Below are positions 37,215-46,545 of a stretch of 64,000 bases of DNA, piece by piece. The position numbers and the translations under genes were made by a program. The first letter of the stretch is position 1. The number at the start of each line of letters is the position of its first letter. Source of the stretch: an uncultured bacterium (GTDB lineage Bacteria; Acidobacteriota; Thermoanaerobaculia; Multivoradales; JAHZIX01); assembly GCA_965368975.1 (NCBI GenBank), contig CBDUPA010000013.1, positions 1-64,000 of the forward strand, given 5' to 3'. The notes below the pieces were generated by a model. The model was given only the letters and a program-made list of their open reading frames with translations, was not told where the DNA came from and made no database searches.

Positions 37215-39198
37215 CGCTCTTACTGGTCTGCTCCTTCTCTGCGCGCCTGGGCTGACGCTACGCTTGATGGGCGTGCAGGATATCCCCGCGGAGCCTGTGT
37301 TCCTGCGCTATCTGGGCGTTTTCGTTGCCGGCGTTGGCATCAGCTACCTCTACCCCTGGTGCCTACCGGCACCACGTCGACCGCGTCTGACCGTGGTGCT
37401 CGAAGTGACCGGCCTCCTACGTCTCGGAGTCGCCGCCTTCACCGGCATCGCCGTCGCGGCCGGTACGCTGGAACCAGCCTGGTTGCTGGTCACCGCCAGT
37501 GATCTGACACTCGCCCTGGTGCAACTCGGCCCCACTCGTCACTGGTTGCTCGCCAAACCGCCGGCCACGCCTTGGAGCCGACCGCCGCGCACTCCCGGTA
37601 TCGCCGCGATTGCCGCGACCTACGTCTACTTCCTGCTGTTCGCACAGTTTGCCTTTCTCGATCACCTCCAGCTGCAGCTCGATACCGAGGGTGTGCAGGC
37701 GGCGATGGCCGCCATGGGGCTGACCGGGCTGGCAGCCAGTGCCGTCACCGCCTGGGCGCTCCAGCGCGGTGAGCCCGCCACCTGGCTCCGCCGGGCCTTC
37801 TTGCTGTGTGCCGTCACCGCGGGCGTGGCGCCGTGGAGTCAAGGGATCGCTGCCTTGCTCGTGGTGTCCACGCTGATCGGCGCCGCACTGGGCATGTTGA
37901 CGGTCACCCTGGCCAGTCACCTGCGCCAGCTTCTGCCGGGCCCTCGCTTCGGCCTCGGCGTTGGCTTGGGTACAGGCATCGCCTACTTGATCTGCAATGT
38001 CCCGCCGCTGTTCGAAGCCTCGGTGACCGTACGCAGCCTGGTCTGTGCTCTGGCCGCGCTGGTGGGCGTCGCCCTGTTGCCCCGCCGTCTCGCCGCCGAG
38101 TCACACTGGCTCCCGGAGATTGGCGATGCTCGGCAGCCGTCCACGAAGCACGACGCCCGCGACGCCCACGGCCTCGCCTTCGTCACCCTCGTGCTGGCAT
38201 TGCTGGCGCTGGTGTGGCTCGACTCCGCCGCCTTTGCCATCATCCAAGAGACGCCGACACTCAAGGCAGTGACCTGGGGAGCCGGCGGCCGCAAGCTACT
38301 GCTGGGTCTCCTGCACTGCTGGGTCGCGGTGGCCGCCGGCTGGTGGCTGGACCGTGGACGGCTGCGGGCCCAGCTCCTGCTCACCTTCGTCCTCTTCCTA
38401 ACCGCCTTCAGCTGGTTGCAGGGCTTCCTGGCCGGCCCCCTGGAGCTAGCTGGTCCGCTGTACGTCGTGGGGATCTCGATCTACTCGACGCTGCTGGTGG
38501 CCTACCCTTCGCTCCACCCGGAGGGGCCCACCAGCGTACCGCGCCGTTGGCGCGCCGCAGCCGTCTACGGTGTCGCCGGCTGGCTGGGGTCTGCGCTCGG
38601 CGTTGGCATGGCGCAGAACCTGCGCCGCATTCCCGGGACCTTTCTGCTGGCCGCCGGTGCCTTGCTAGTGTTCGGCACCCTACTGCGCCAGCCGGCCGGT
38701 GTCGCCTTGCTGCGGGCTCATCGACTCACTCTCGGTGCCGGTGCTCTGGCCTTGATCTTCTATCTGGTCCTGCCCCGGGTGGGCGTGCCGGTCGAGGCTA
38801 CCGCGGACACGTCGAACACAGCCGTAGCGCGCGGTCGCCGGGTCTTCATCCAAGAGGGCTGCCTGCACTGCCACTCGCAGTACGTGCGCCCGGGCCGCGA
38901 CGAAGCCCTCTGGGGACCGCACCGCTCCGTCGATCGCCGGCAGTCTCCTCCGCTGCTCGGGGCCCGGCGCCACGGGCCGGATCTCAGCAACGTAGGCCAG
39001 CGGCGGACACACGACGAGCTCCGCCTGCAGCTGTTCGATCCGCGCGCCGACGGCACGCGATCGGCCATGCCCGCCTACGCCTATCTCTTCGCGCGCGGCC
39101 GCACGCAGGGCGAGGACCTCGTGGCCTACTTGTCGTCCTTGGGAGCAGTCTCCCCGGGAGCGGCTACCTCGAAAGCGTCCCATGGAGCTTCCCCGTGA
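37123..39198 (+). CDS. Polytopic (MFS-like) membrane protein fused to a C-terminal CcoO-type cytochrome c
   Basis: Many TM segments, then GRRVFIQEGCLHCHSQYVRP...RRHGPDLSNVG...SAMPAY. Confidence 0.8.
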   Translation: MTSTHPTASPPSPTPTSSRLLLYSLAAGGADALTGLLLLCAPGLTLRLMGVQDIPAEPVFLRYLGVFVAGVGISYLYPWCLPAPRRPRLTVVLEVTGLLRLGVAAFTGIAVAAGTLEPAWLLVTASDLTLALVQLGPTRHWLLAKPPATPWSRPPRTPGIAAIAATYVYFLLFAQFAFLDHLQLQLDTEGVQAAMAAMGLTGLAASAVTAWALQRGEPATWLRRAFLLCAVTAGVAPWSQGIAALLVVSTLIGAALGMLTVTLASHLRQLLPGPRFGLGVGLGTGIAYLICNVPPLFEASVTVRSLVCALAALVGVALLPRRLAAESHWLPEIGDARQPSTKHDARDAHGLAFVTLVLALLALVWLDSAAFAIIQETPTLKAVTWGAGGRKLLLGLLHCWVAVAAGWWLDRGRLRAQLLLTFVLFLTAFSWLQGFLAGPLELAGPLYVVGISIYSTLLVAYPSLHPEGPTSVPRRWRAAAVYGVAGWLGSALGVGMAQNLRRIPGTFLLAAGALLVFGTLLRQPAGVALLRAHRLTLGAGALALIFYLVLPRVGVPVEATADTSNTAVARGRRVFIQEGCLHCHSQYVRPGRDEALWGPHRSVDRRQSPPLLGARRHGPDLSNVGQRRTHDELRLQLFDPRADGTRSAMPAYAYLFARGRTQGEDLVAYLSSLGAVSPGAATSKASHGASP

Positions 39199-40286
39199 GC
39201 TCAACGGACAGCCGGGCGGCAACCGTCTCACACCTGCCTGCCGCACCGGCAGCCTCCTCCCGTAGGCCAACAAGTGCCGCCCGTGTGCTCCGCGCTGCCG
39301 GACGGTTCGCCTCACTGCACGAAGGCTTTGGCTGGCTGCGCCCCGAGCGCCCCTGGCCTGAAGCCAGCGGCTGGGACGAGATCCGAGAAACAGAGCGTCC
39401 ACGCACGACGTCGCACACGCACGCTGGCTACCTCTGGCAGGGACCCGACGCGCCCCGCTTGCACTGGCTCGGCCACTCCGGCTTTCTACTCCGCTTCGCG
39501 AATCAGCGCCTCCTGATCGATCCGCACCTCGGCAACCGGTGCACGATCTCGCGACGCCGGCTCGCCTGTCCGGTCACGGCCGAGCAACTCACTGAAATCG
39601 ACGCGGTGTTGTTGACCCACGCTCACTTCGACCACCTCCACCTACCAACGCTCGCCGCCCTGCCGTCGCCGGGACGCTTCGTGGTTCCCGCCGGCTGTGA
39701 GGGCTACCTGCAGTCGCTGACAAGCCACGGCGCGGTCGTCGACTCCGTGCTGCCGGGCGAGAACTTCCTTCTCGACGATCTCGAGGTGTGCGTCGAGGCA
39801 GCGCGCCACCATGGCGGCCGCTGGCATCCCTTCCGTGCCGCGGCCCCAGCCCTGAGCTATGTCGTGCGGCGGGCAGGAGTCGAAGCCGCCACCGGACGTC
39901 CGTTTGACGCGGTGTACCTGGCAGGCGACACAGCGTACGGCGACCACTTCCGCGGCGTGCGCCGCCACCATGCACCGCGTGCCGCGGTCCTGCCGATCGG
40001 TGCCTATGCTCCACGCTGGCCGCTGCGCCACCACCACATGAACCCAGAGGAAGCCGTGTGCGCCGCCCTCGAACTCAATGTCGAGACCGTGGTCCCTTGC
40101 CACTTCGGCACCTTCACGCTCAGCTTCGACCACCCTGCCGCCGCACTCCCTCGCTTCGCGCACGCCGCTTCCTGCGCCGGCCTGCAGTGGCAGCTTCCGC
40201 GGCTGCTGGCCCCTGCAGCTGCCAGCCCTATGGGCGGAGCCGTGGACGAGACCGCAGAACCACTCGCCGGGACAGCGTCTACATGA
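39195..40286 (+). CDS. MBL-fold metallo-hydrolase, NAPE-PLD/RomA-like
   Basis: WLGHSGF, THAHFDHL, AGDTAY, LPIGAYAPRW...HMNPEEA and HFGTF; GTGA overlap with the upstream gene. Confidence 0.87.
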   Translation: MSSTDSRAATVSHLPAAPAASSRRPTSAARVLRAAGRFASLHEGFGWLRPERPWPEASGWDEIRETERPRTTSHTHAGYLWQGPDAPRLHWLGHSGFLLRFANQRLLIDPHLGNRCTISRRRLACPVTAEQLTEIDAVLLTHAHFDHLHLPTLAALPSPGRFVVPAGCEGYLQSLTSHGAVVDSVLPGENFLLDDLEVCVEAARHHGGRWHPFRAAAPALSYVVRRAGVEAATGRPFDAVYLAGDTAYGDHFRGVRRHHAPRAAVLPIGAYAPRWPLRHHHMNPEEAVCAALELNVETVVPCHFGTFTLSFDHPAAALPRFAHAASCAGLQWQLPRLLAPAAASPMGGAVDETAEPLAGTAST

Positions 40287-42478
40287 GCCCCCGCCAGGAA
40301 ACCTGCCCCTTGCAGGGAACCGCGCGCCGTCTGGTGACTTTCAGCGTCCGTCACCCGCGCGCCGTGCTTACCACCTACCTGCTGGCGGTGCTCCTATCGT
40401 CCTTGATGGCGGTGCAGCGACTCGAGCTACACACCTCGAACCTCGACTTGATCGACGCTGATCTGGCACCGGTGGCGCGCTTCCGCGAAGCCGCACGCCG
40501 CCTGGGCACGCCGAATCTCTTGATCGTGGTGTTGGAAGGCAGTGCCGCAGAACTGGGACCGGCCGCCGATCAGCTCGGGCCGCGCCTACAGCAACTACCC
40601 GGAGTGCGTAGCGTGCTTTGGAGGGTGCCGTCCGCTGCAGATCAGGATGGGCGGGCTCGCGAAGAGCCACCTCTTGCTGTACCGGGCTTGGGCTACCTGC
40701 GCAGCCGCGACGGCGGCCTGGTCTTTCTCTTCGTACAGCCGGACGATCCGGACTCCGCGGCGACCACGCTCGCTCCTTTCGTCGACGCCGTGCGCAGCGA
40801 GCTGGCGTCGAGAGCAGAGAGCTGGCCGGGCATCCGTGCTGGCGTCACCGGTATGCCCGCCTACGCCCTCGACGATCGCGACGTCATCCAGCGCGACATC
40901 AGCCGTCTCTCCATCTTTGCCCTGCTCGCCGTTCTGCTGCTGTTCAGTGGCAGCTTCGGTGCCCTGCGCCGACCGCTGCTCGCCCTCACCGCTCTGCTGC
41001 TCGGTGTCGGCCTGATGCCCGGGCTGATCGCCCTGTACCCCGGGCACCTGACTCTGCTCTCCGCCTTCTTCGCTTCCATCCTCTTCGGCCTCGGCGTCGA
41101 CGCCGGCATCCACCTGCTGGCAGCGGTCGAGGAACACATGGCCCTAGGTCTGGCCGAAGCTGTCGCCCTGCCTCGCGCTGCCGCGCTGATCGGCCGCTCC
41201 CTGATTACCAGTACCGCGACCACGGCCTGCGTCCTCTTCGGCCTGCAGCTGAGCGGCTTCCGCGGCTTCGCCGAGTTGGGCGTGATCGCCGGCACCGGTA
41301 TGTTGCTGTGCCTGCTCGCCATGCTCACCGCCCTGCCTGCCCTGCTCGTCCTGTGGCCGACGTCGGGACGCGAAAAGGTGCTGCACGAACGCCGCAGCGG
41401 TCGTTTTCTGTGGGGCTTGCAGCAGCCACGGTGGCACCGTCCGCTCGCCGCGGTACTGATTCTGCTCGTGGTCTTCGGCGGCCTGACCGGCGGCGCGGGC
41501 TTCGACACCGACTACCTGAACCTGCAGCCAAGAGGGTCGGAAACGGTGCGCCTCGAGCGCGAGATGGTGCGCCGTTCGGAGTGGGCGCCGGTGTTCGCCC
41601 TTTTTCTCACCGACGAGCGCGAACGGGCGGTCGAGCTGCAGCGCCAGCTGCGCGCTGAGCCAACCGTCGCGGCGGTGCATTCGTGGCTCGACGTCGAGAC
41701 GCTACTCGGTCCCATGGCAGCCCGGCTGCTCCCCCCCCAACTCGCACAGGCCTCGCGCCCTCGAGGCGGGGGTTGGGCGATCTACGCCTATCCGCAGGAC
41801 GACGTTTGGCAGCCGCAGGCCCAGGCCGACTTCGTCCACCGGATGCAGACGCTCGATCCCGAAGTCACCGGCATGCCGATCCTCGGCCACTTCCTGGTGC
41901 AGCGTTCGCTGCGGGCGCTACGTATCGCGGGTGCGCTCGGGCTGGTGCTGCTGGCCCTCTGCGTCTGGCTCGACTTCCGTCGACCCTGGCCAGCGCTGCT
42001 GGCGATGTTGCCAGCACTCGCCACGGTGCCCGTGCTGCTCGGTCTGATGCGCCTGCTACAGCTCCCCTTCAACCCACTCAACGTCATGGCGTTACCGCTG
42101 ATCCTGGGCATCGCCGTCGACGATGGCGTGCACCTGGTGCACCGCTTCCTGCACGAGCACGGCGACCTGCGCGCGGTCCTCGCCGGCAGCGGGCACAGCA
42201 TCCTGCTGACGTCCCTCACCACCCTGGCCGCCTTCAGCAGCCTCGCCGTCACCAGCCACAGGGGTCTTGCCTCTTTTGCGCTGGCCCTGAGCCTCGGCGT
42301 CGTCGCCGCCTTCGCACTCACGGTTTCTTGGCTGCCTTGGCTGCTGCAGCGCTGGCCGCCTACCGCTTCCTATCCAAGACGATTGCTCTCGAGATCCCGC
42401 TCCTCTCAAGGGCAGCTCCTTGGTGGCCACGCGGCCGCCCACTATACTCAGGGCCTGCCGGCGGCACGGAATGTCTGA
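40283..42478 (+). CDS. MMPL/RND family transporter (HpnN-like)
   Basis: Duplicated halves with GLGVDAGIHL and GIAVDDGVHLVHRF; ATGA overlap. Confidence 0.85.
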   Translation: MSPRQETCPLQGTARRLVTFSVRHPRAVLTTYLLAVLLSSLMAVQRLELHTSNLDLIDADLAPVARFREAARRLGTPNLLIVVLEGSAAELGPAADQLGPRLQQLPGVRSVLWRVPSAADQDGRAREEPPLAVPGLGYLRSRDGGLVFLFVQPDDPDSAATTLAPFVDAVRSELASRAESWPGIRAGVTGMPAYALDDRDVIQRDISRLSIFALLAVLLLFSGSFGALRRPLLALTALLLGVGLMPGLIALYPGHLTLLSAFFASILFGLGVDAGIHLLAAVEEHMALGLAEAVALPRAAALIGRSLITSTATTACVLFGLQLSGFRGFAELGVIAGTGMLLCLLAMLTALPALLVLWPTSGREKVLHERRSGRFLWGLQQPRWHRPLAAVLILLVVFGGLTGGAGFDTDYLNLQPRGSETVRLEREMVRRSEWAPVFALFLTDERERAVELQRQLRAEPTVAAVHSWLDVETLLGPMAARLLPPQLAQASRPRGGGWAIYAYPQDDVWQPQAQADFVHRMQTLDPEVTGMPILGHFLVQRSLRALRIAGALGLVLLALCVWLDFRRPWPALLAMLPALATVPVLLGLMRLLQLPFNPLNVMALPLILGIAVDDGVHLVHRFLHEHGDLRAVLAGSGHSILLTSLTTLAAFSSLAVTSHRGLASFALALSLGVVAAFALTVSWLPWLLQRWPPTASYPRRLLSRSRSSQGQLLGGHAAAHYTQGLPAARNV

Positions 42479-42521
42479 CGCCCCGGTGACGGTTGGCTTG
42501 CACCAGGAGGCTGAAAGACCC

Positions 42522-43838
42522 ATGCTCGAGATCCGCACCACCCCCAAGGCGATTCTGACGTCCAAGTCGATTCTGACATCCACCGCGACTCCGGCGGGCG
42601 CGCCCCGCCCCGCCAACCTGCCGGCCCTGCTCTGCGCTGCCCTGGCCGTGCTCCTGCTGTGGCCCGGCACCGCCGAGGCGCGCGACCGTACCGGCATCCT
42701 CGCCGGCATCGTCCTCGACGAACTCACCGGTGACGCCCTCGCCGGAGTCCAGGTGACGGTGGTCGACCCGGGATCCGAAGGGCGTCTGAGCGCGACCACC
42801 GATGCGCAGGGCCGCTTCCGTGTCACCCTGCCGGACACGCGCAACGAGTACCTGTTCCGGCTCGAGAAGGAAGACTACGAGACCTTCCTGGTCAACCTCA
42901 CTGGCGAACGCGGCAAGATCGTCGAGCAAACCTTCCGCATCATGCCCCTGGCCGGTCCGCAAGCCGTGCAGCAAGAAGCCGCGCGCATCTACAACGAGGG
43001 GGCCGACGCCTACAATGCCGGAGATCTCGAAGCGGCGCAAGCCAAGCTGACCGAGGCACTCGAACTCGACCCAACACTGCATGGAGCCTGGCTCGGCCTG
43101 GCGCGCATCTACATGGCGCAGCAGGACTTTACCGGCATCAAGGTCGCCACCGACAAGCTGATCGAAGCCGATACCGCCGATTCCGGCGTCTGGCAACTGC
43201 GGTTCGCCGCCGGCCTTGGCCTGGACGACCCCGACCTATTGCAGAGCGCCAGGGAAAAGATCGCTCCCGAGCACCACGCCACACTGGCGATCGACGCCTA
43301 CAACGACGGCGTGCACGCCAGCCAGAACGGCGACAACGACCGTGCCATCCGCCGCTTCCAACTCGCCGTCGACCTGGACCCGCAGCGCGCCGAAGCCTTC
43401 ACCGGTCTGACCACCCTCTACTACAACCGGCAAGAGTTCGCCGAAGCCGCCGAAGCCGCGCGTCGACTGCTCGAACTGGACCCGGGCAACCAGCACGGCC
43501 TCAAGGTGCGCTACCTGGCCCTAGATGCGCTGAACGACCCCGAGGCCGCTGCTGCCTTCCAAGCCTACCGGCAGGGCAATCCCACCTCGGCCGTCGAAGA
43601 ACTAGTCGATCGCGCCGACGAACTCTTCCGTCGCGGTGCTGCCGGTGAAGCCAAGAAGCTCGCCCAGCAGATCCTCGACACCGACACTAACCACGTGCGC
43701 GGCAACTTCCTGATGGCCATGTGCCTGCTCAACGGCGGCGACACCGCGAAGGCCAAGACCTACTTCCAAAAAGTCGTCGAGTTGGCGCCGGACTCCCCGT
43801 CCGCTGACGAAGCGCGCGAGATGCTGAGCTACCTATGA
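42522..43838 (+). CDS. Secreted protein with carboxypeptidase-regulatory-like domain and TPR repeats
   Basis: Signal peptide, GIVLDELTGDALAGVQV...TTDAQGRF, then several TPRs; start uncertain. Confidence 0.8.
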   Translation: MLEIRTTPKAILTSKSILTSTATPAGAPRPANLPALLCAALAVLLLWPGTAEARDRTGILAGIVLDELTGDALAGVQVTVVDPGSEGRLSATTDAQGRFRVTLPDTRNEYLFRLEKEDYETFLVNLTGERGKIVEQTFRIMPLAGPQAVQQEAARIYNEGADAYNAGDLEAAQAKLTEALELDPTLHGAWLGLARIYMAQQDFTGIKVATDKLIEADTADSGVWQLRFAAGLGLDDPDLLQSAREKIAPEHHATLAIDAYNDGVHASQNGDNDRAIRRFQLAVDLDPQRAEAFTGLTTLYYNRQEFAEAAEAARRLLELDPGNQHGLKVRYLALDALNDPEAAAAFQAYRQGNPTSAVEELVDRADELFRRGAAGEAKKLAQQILDTDTNHVRGNFLMAMCLLNGGDTAKAKTYFQKVVELAPDSPSADEAREMLSYL

Positions 43839-45124
43839 AGCTCCTCCGCACTCTCGGCCCCGGTATTCTGCTAGCCGCCACCTGCGTCGGTTCCAGCCAC
43901 ATCGTCATGAGCCCGGAGGCGGGGGCACGCTTCGAGTACCAGTTACTGTGGCTGATCGCCTTGACGCACTTGCTCAAGTATCCTGCCTTCGAATTCGCGC
44001 CGCGCTACGTGGCAGCACAGCGGGAGTCGTTGCTCGACGGCTACGCCAAGGTGCCGGGACGGAAGAACTGGGCTCTGTGGTTCGGGCTTATCGACATGGT
44101 GATCCAGGCGTCCGGCGTGCTGGCAGCACTGATCGGGCTGGCGGCAGCGTTCTTGGTGGTCGGCCTCGGAGGGCTGGGTCTGCTTGGTTGGAGCGTAGTG
44201 ATCGCCATAGCGCTGCTCGGCATGCTCGCCTGGGGACGCTATGCCTCATTGCGCTGGATCAACGTGATCCTGATGCTAGCGCTGGCGATCGGGACGTTGG
44301 TGGCGTTTCTCGGCGCGCCACCGTCGCCAGCAGCGATTCCTGCACTCGTGACGCCAGCGGTGCCAGAGGGTTCGATCTTGCTGTTGGCAGCGCTGCTTGG
44401 CTTCATGCCGACATCCGTGGCCGTGTCCGTCTGGCAATCGCTGTGGGCTGTCGAGCAAGGACGCTTCAAGCCCGGAACGCCGGACTCCCCTACAGAACGC
44501 CGCGAGCGCTTCCGCGCTGGGCTCTTCGATCTGCGCGTGGGGTATCTGCTGTCAGCCGTGTTGGGAGTTGCCTTCATGTGCCTGGGAGCGGTGCTGCTGT
44601 TCCCTCGCGGACTGGTACCGGAAGGGCCAGAAATGGCGGTGACGCTGTCGCAGCTCTACACTGACGTGATGGGCGAATGGATGCGACCAGTGTTTCTTAG
44701 CGTCGCGTTCTTCGCCATGTTCACCACCTGCTACACCTCGATGGACGGCTTTCCGCGTACCTTTGTGGCAACGCTGCGGGTGCTGCGCGGTCAGCGGTCC
44801 AGCAGCTTTGGGGAGAGCCCCGCTGGAGACAGTGCCGCGCCGACGCAACGGCCCTACTGGCTGTTCATCTGCACCGCGACCTTCGGCGGCATGGCACTGG
44901 TGGCGGCAGTGCCGGATCCGGCGATGGTGGTCAAGGTGGTGGGCGCGATCGGCCTGTTGACCTCACCGGTGTACATCGGTCTCAACCTGTGGGTGGTGAC
45001 CCACTTGATCGAAGATCCGAAGCTGCGACCGAGCAAGTCGATGGTCGGCCTGGCGCTCGGCGGTATCGTTCTCTTGGTGCTGGGAGCCGGCCTGCTGGTC
45101 TACGCGACGGTCACGGGGGCCTGA
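43835..45124 (+). CDS. Nramp-family divalent metal transporter-like protein
   Basis: LGPGILLAATCVGSSH, ESLLDGY, LLGFMP and FFAMFTT. Confidence 0.75.
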   Translation: MKLLRTLGPGILLAATCVGSSHIVMSPEAGARFEYQLLWLIALTHLLKYPAFEFAPRYVAAQRESLLDGYAKVPGRKNWALWFGLIDMVIQASGVLAALIGLAAAFLVVGLGGLGLLGWSVVIAIALLGMLAWGRYASLRWINVILMLALAIGTLVAFLGAPPSPAAIPALVTPAVPEGSILLLAALLGFMPTSVAVSVWQSLWAVEQGRFKPGTPDSPTERRERFRAGLFDLRVGYLLSAVLGVAFMCLGAVLLFPRGLVPEGPEMAVTLSQLYTDVMGEWMRPVFLSVAFFAMFTTCYTSMDGFPRTFVATLRVLRGQRSSSFGESPAGDSAAPTQRPYWLFICTATFGGMALVAAVPDPAMVVKVVGAIGLLTSPVYIGLNLWVVTHLIEDPKLRPSKSMVGLALGGIVLLVLGAGLLVYATVTGA

Positions 45125-45155
45125 GTTGCCCTCCACAACGAGCGTCTCGAGGAGG

Positions 45156-46469
45156 TTACGTCAGCGGCGCATCCACCAGTAGCAAGCGATCCCAGCGTGG
45201 TTCTTGATCGGTGACCGCGGCCAGTAGAGCGACACCACAGCCGGAGATACCGGTCAGGAAGCCGTGCTCTTCGCGGAGCTCGATCTCTTCGGCCGAGATC
45301 GGCTCCAGGCTCGGGAAGCCGCTGCGCCACTCGCCACCCTCTTCCGGGCCTTTCTCGGGCACCCACTCGAGGGCGTGGCGGTACCAGTCGATCGCGGTAT
45401 CGCGGCACACCTCGTCGCCAGTGGCCTGGTGCAGGCGGTTGAAGATGTGGGCCAGGCCGAGCGCACCGTGACACAGGCCGCAATCGCGAATGCCGGCGTC
45501 GTCCTTGGGGCGGCGAGCACAGCCGTGGGCGACGTCGAGACCGGCTTGCACCCATTTCTCATTGCCCGCTTGCTTGCCGGCCAGCACCAGTGTTGCGGCG
45601 ACGCCGGGATCACCGTAGCACCAGGCGAGCCGGCAGCGCTCGGGCTTGGCATCGGGCGCCATCATGCTGCTGAAGGACCAGTCGTCGCCCTCGTGTCGAC
45701 GGCCGAGCAACCAGGTGACGCTGGCATCGAGCATGCGGCGCGCGCGCGCCGAGACCGATAGATCAGCCGCCACCACGTGTCCGAGCAGCCCAACGACGCC
45801 GGGGACACCGTGCGCGACGCCTAAGTTGTAGTAGCCGTCGGGAAACAGCACGCGCTGGTGTTCGGGGAGAAGGTCTGGCTTGGTGAACCAGGTGAGGCCG
45901 CCGTTCTCGGGCTGACTCATCTCTTCCAGGTGGTCGAGCACGCGCTCCAGGATCGGTTCGCCTGTCGGGGCGTGCCGGCGTTCGAGTCCGTAGACGCCGA
46001 GGCCGACCAGGCCGCTGATCAGGTCGTAGTCGAGACGCCAGGGCTTGTGGTCCAGGAAGGTGAGCAAGGCCTCGTCGATGTCGGCGTTGCCGTCTTCCTC
46101 GTCTTCCTCGAACAGCAGGCCTTCGAGATGCTGCGCGACCCATGCGGTACCTGCGAAGCCGCCATAGAGCGTGGCGTTACTGAGCTGCTCCGCGAGCTTC
46201 TCCACCGCGCTGTCGAGGCAGCTGATTGCTTGGTCTGCGGCGGTGTCGTCGTCCTGGGCCACCGCATAGTAGGTCCAGAACAGAGCCTCGCCGGGCCCAC
46301 CGGAACCCACGCCCTGCTCGGAGCGCACCATCTGTGCACCAGCCTCGCGGCGTTTGTGGCTGGCGGCGCGCACGGCGGGCAGTTGCTCTGCGATGGTCTG
46401 GATGCGGCGGCGGGCCGTCTCGGCGTCGGTGCCCTGCAAGAGCGGGCGCCAGGTGCGGGATTCGGTCAC
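45156..46469 (-). CDS. lanC: Lanthionine synthetase LanC (copy 1)
   Basis: YDLISGLVG, NLGVAHGVPG, RLAWCYGDPG and GLCHG motifs. Confidence 0.93.
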   Translation of the reverse strand: MTESRTWRPLLQGTDAETARRRIQTIAEQLPAVRAASHKRREAGAQMVRSEQGVGSGGPGEALFWTYYAVAQDDDTAADQAISCLDSAVEKLAEQLSNATLYGGFAGTAWVAQHLEGLLFEEDEEDGNADIDEALLTFLDHKPWRLDYDLISGLVGLGVYGLERRHAPTGEPILERVLDHLEEMSQPENGGLTWFTKPDLLPEHQRVLFPDGYYNLGVAHGVPGVVGLLGHVVAADLSVSARARRMLDASVTWLLGRRHEGDDWSFSSMMAPDAKPERCRLAWCYGDPGVAATLVLAGKQAGNEKWVQAGLDVAHGCARRPKDDAGIRDCGLCHGALGLAHIFNRLHQATGDEVCRDTAIDWYRHALEWVPEKGPEEGGEWRSGFPSLEPISAEEIELREEHGFLTGISGCGVALLAAVTDQEPRWDRLLLVDAPLT

Positions 46470-46545
46470 GATGGGTCTCCTCCAGGTCGATCAGAAAGGC
46501 CGCGTTCGCTAAACAGGATGGAGCGACGCGGGAAGGGGCAGCATA

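Noticed and set aside
37806-39194. First half of the 826-aa ORF 37806..40286
   Set aside because: Arg/Pro-rich shadow of the CcoO-fusion gene; the hydrolase most likely starts at GTG 39195
35715-39198. Complete respiratory cbb3 oxidase operon
   Set aside because: No ccoQ, ccoP or ccoGHIS, and the CuB motifs are not recognisable
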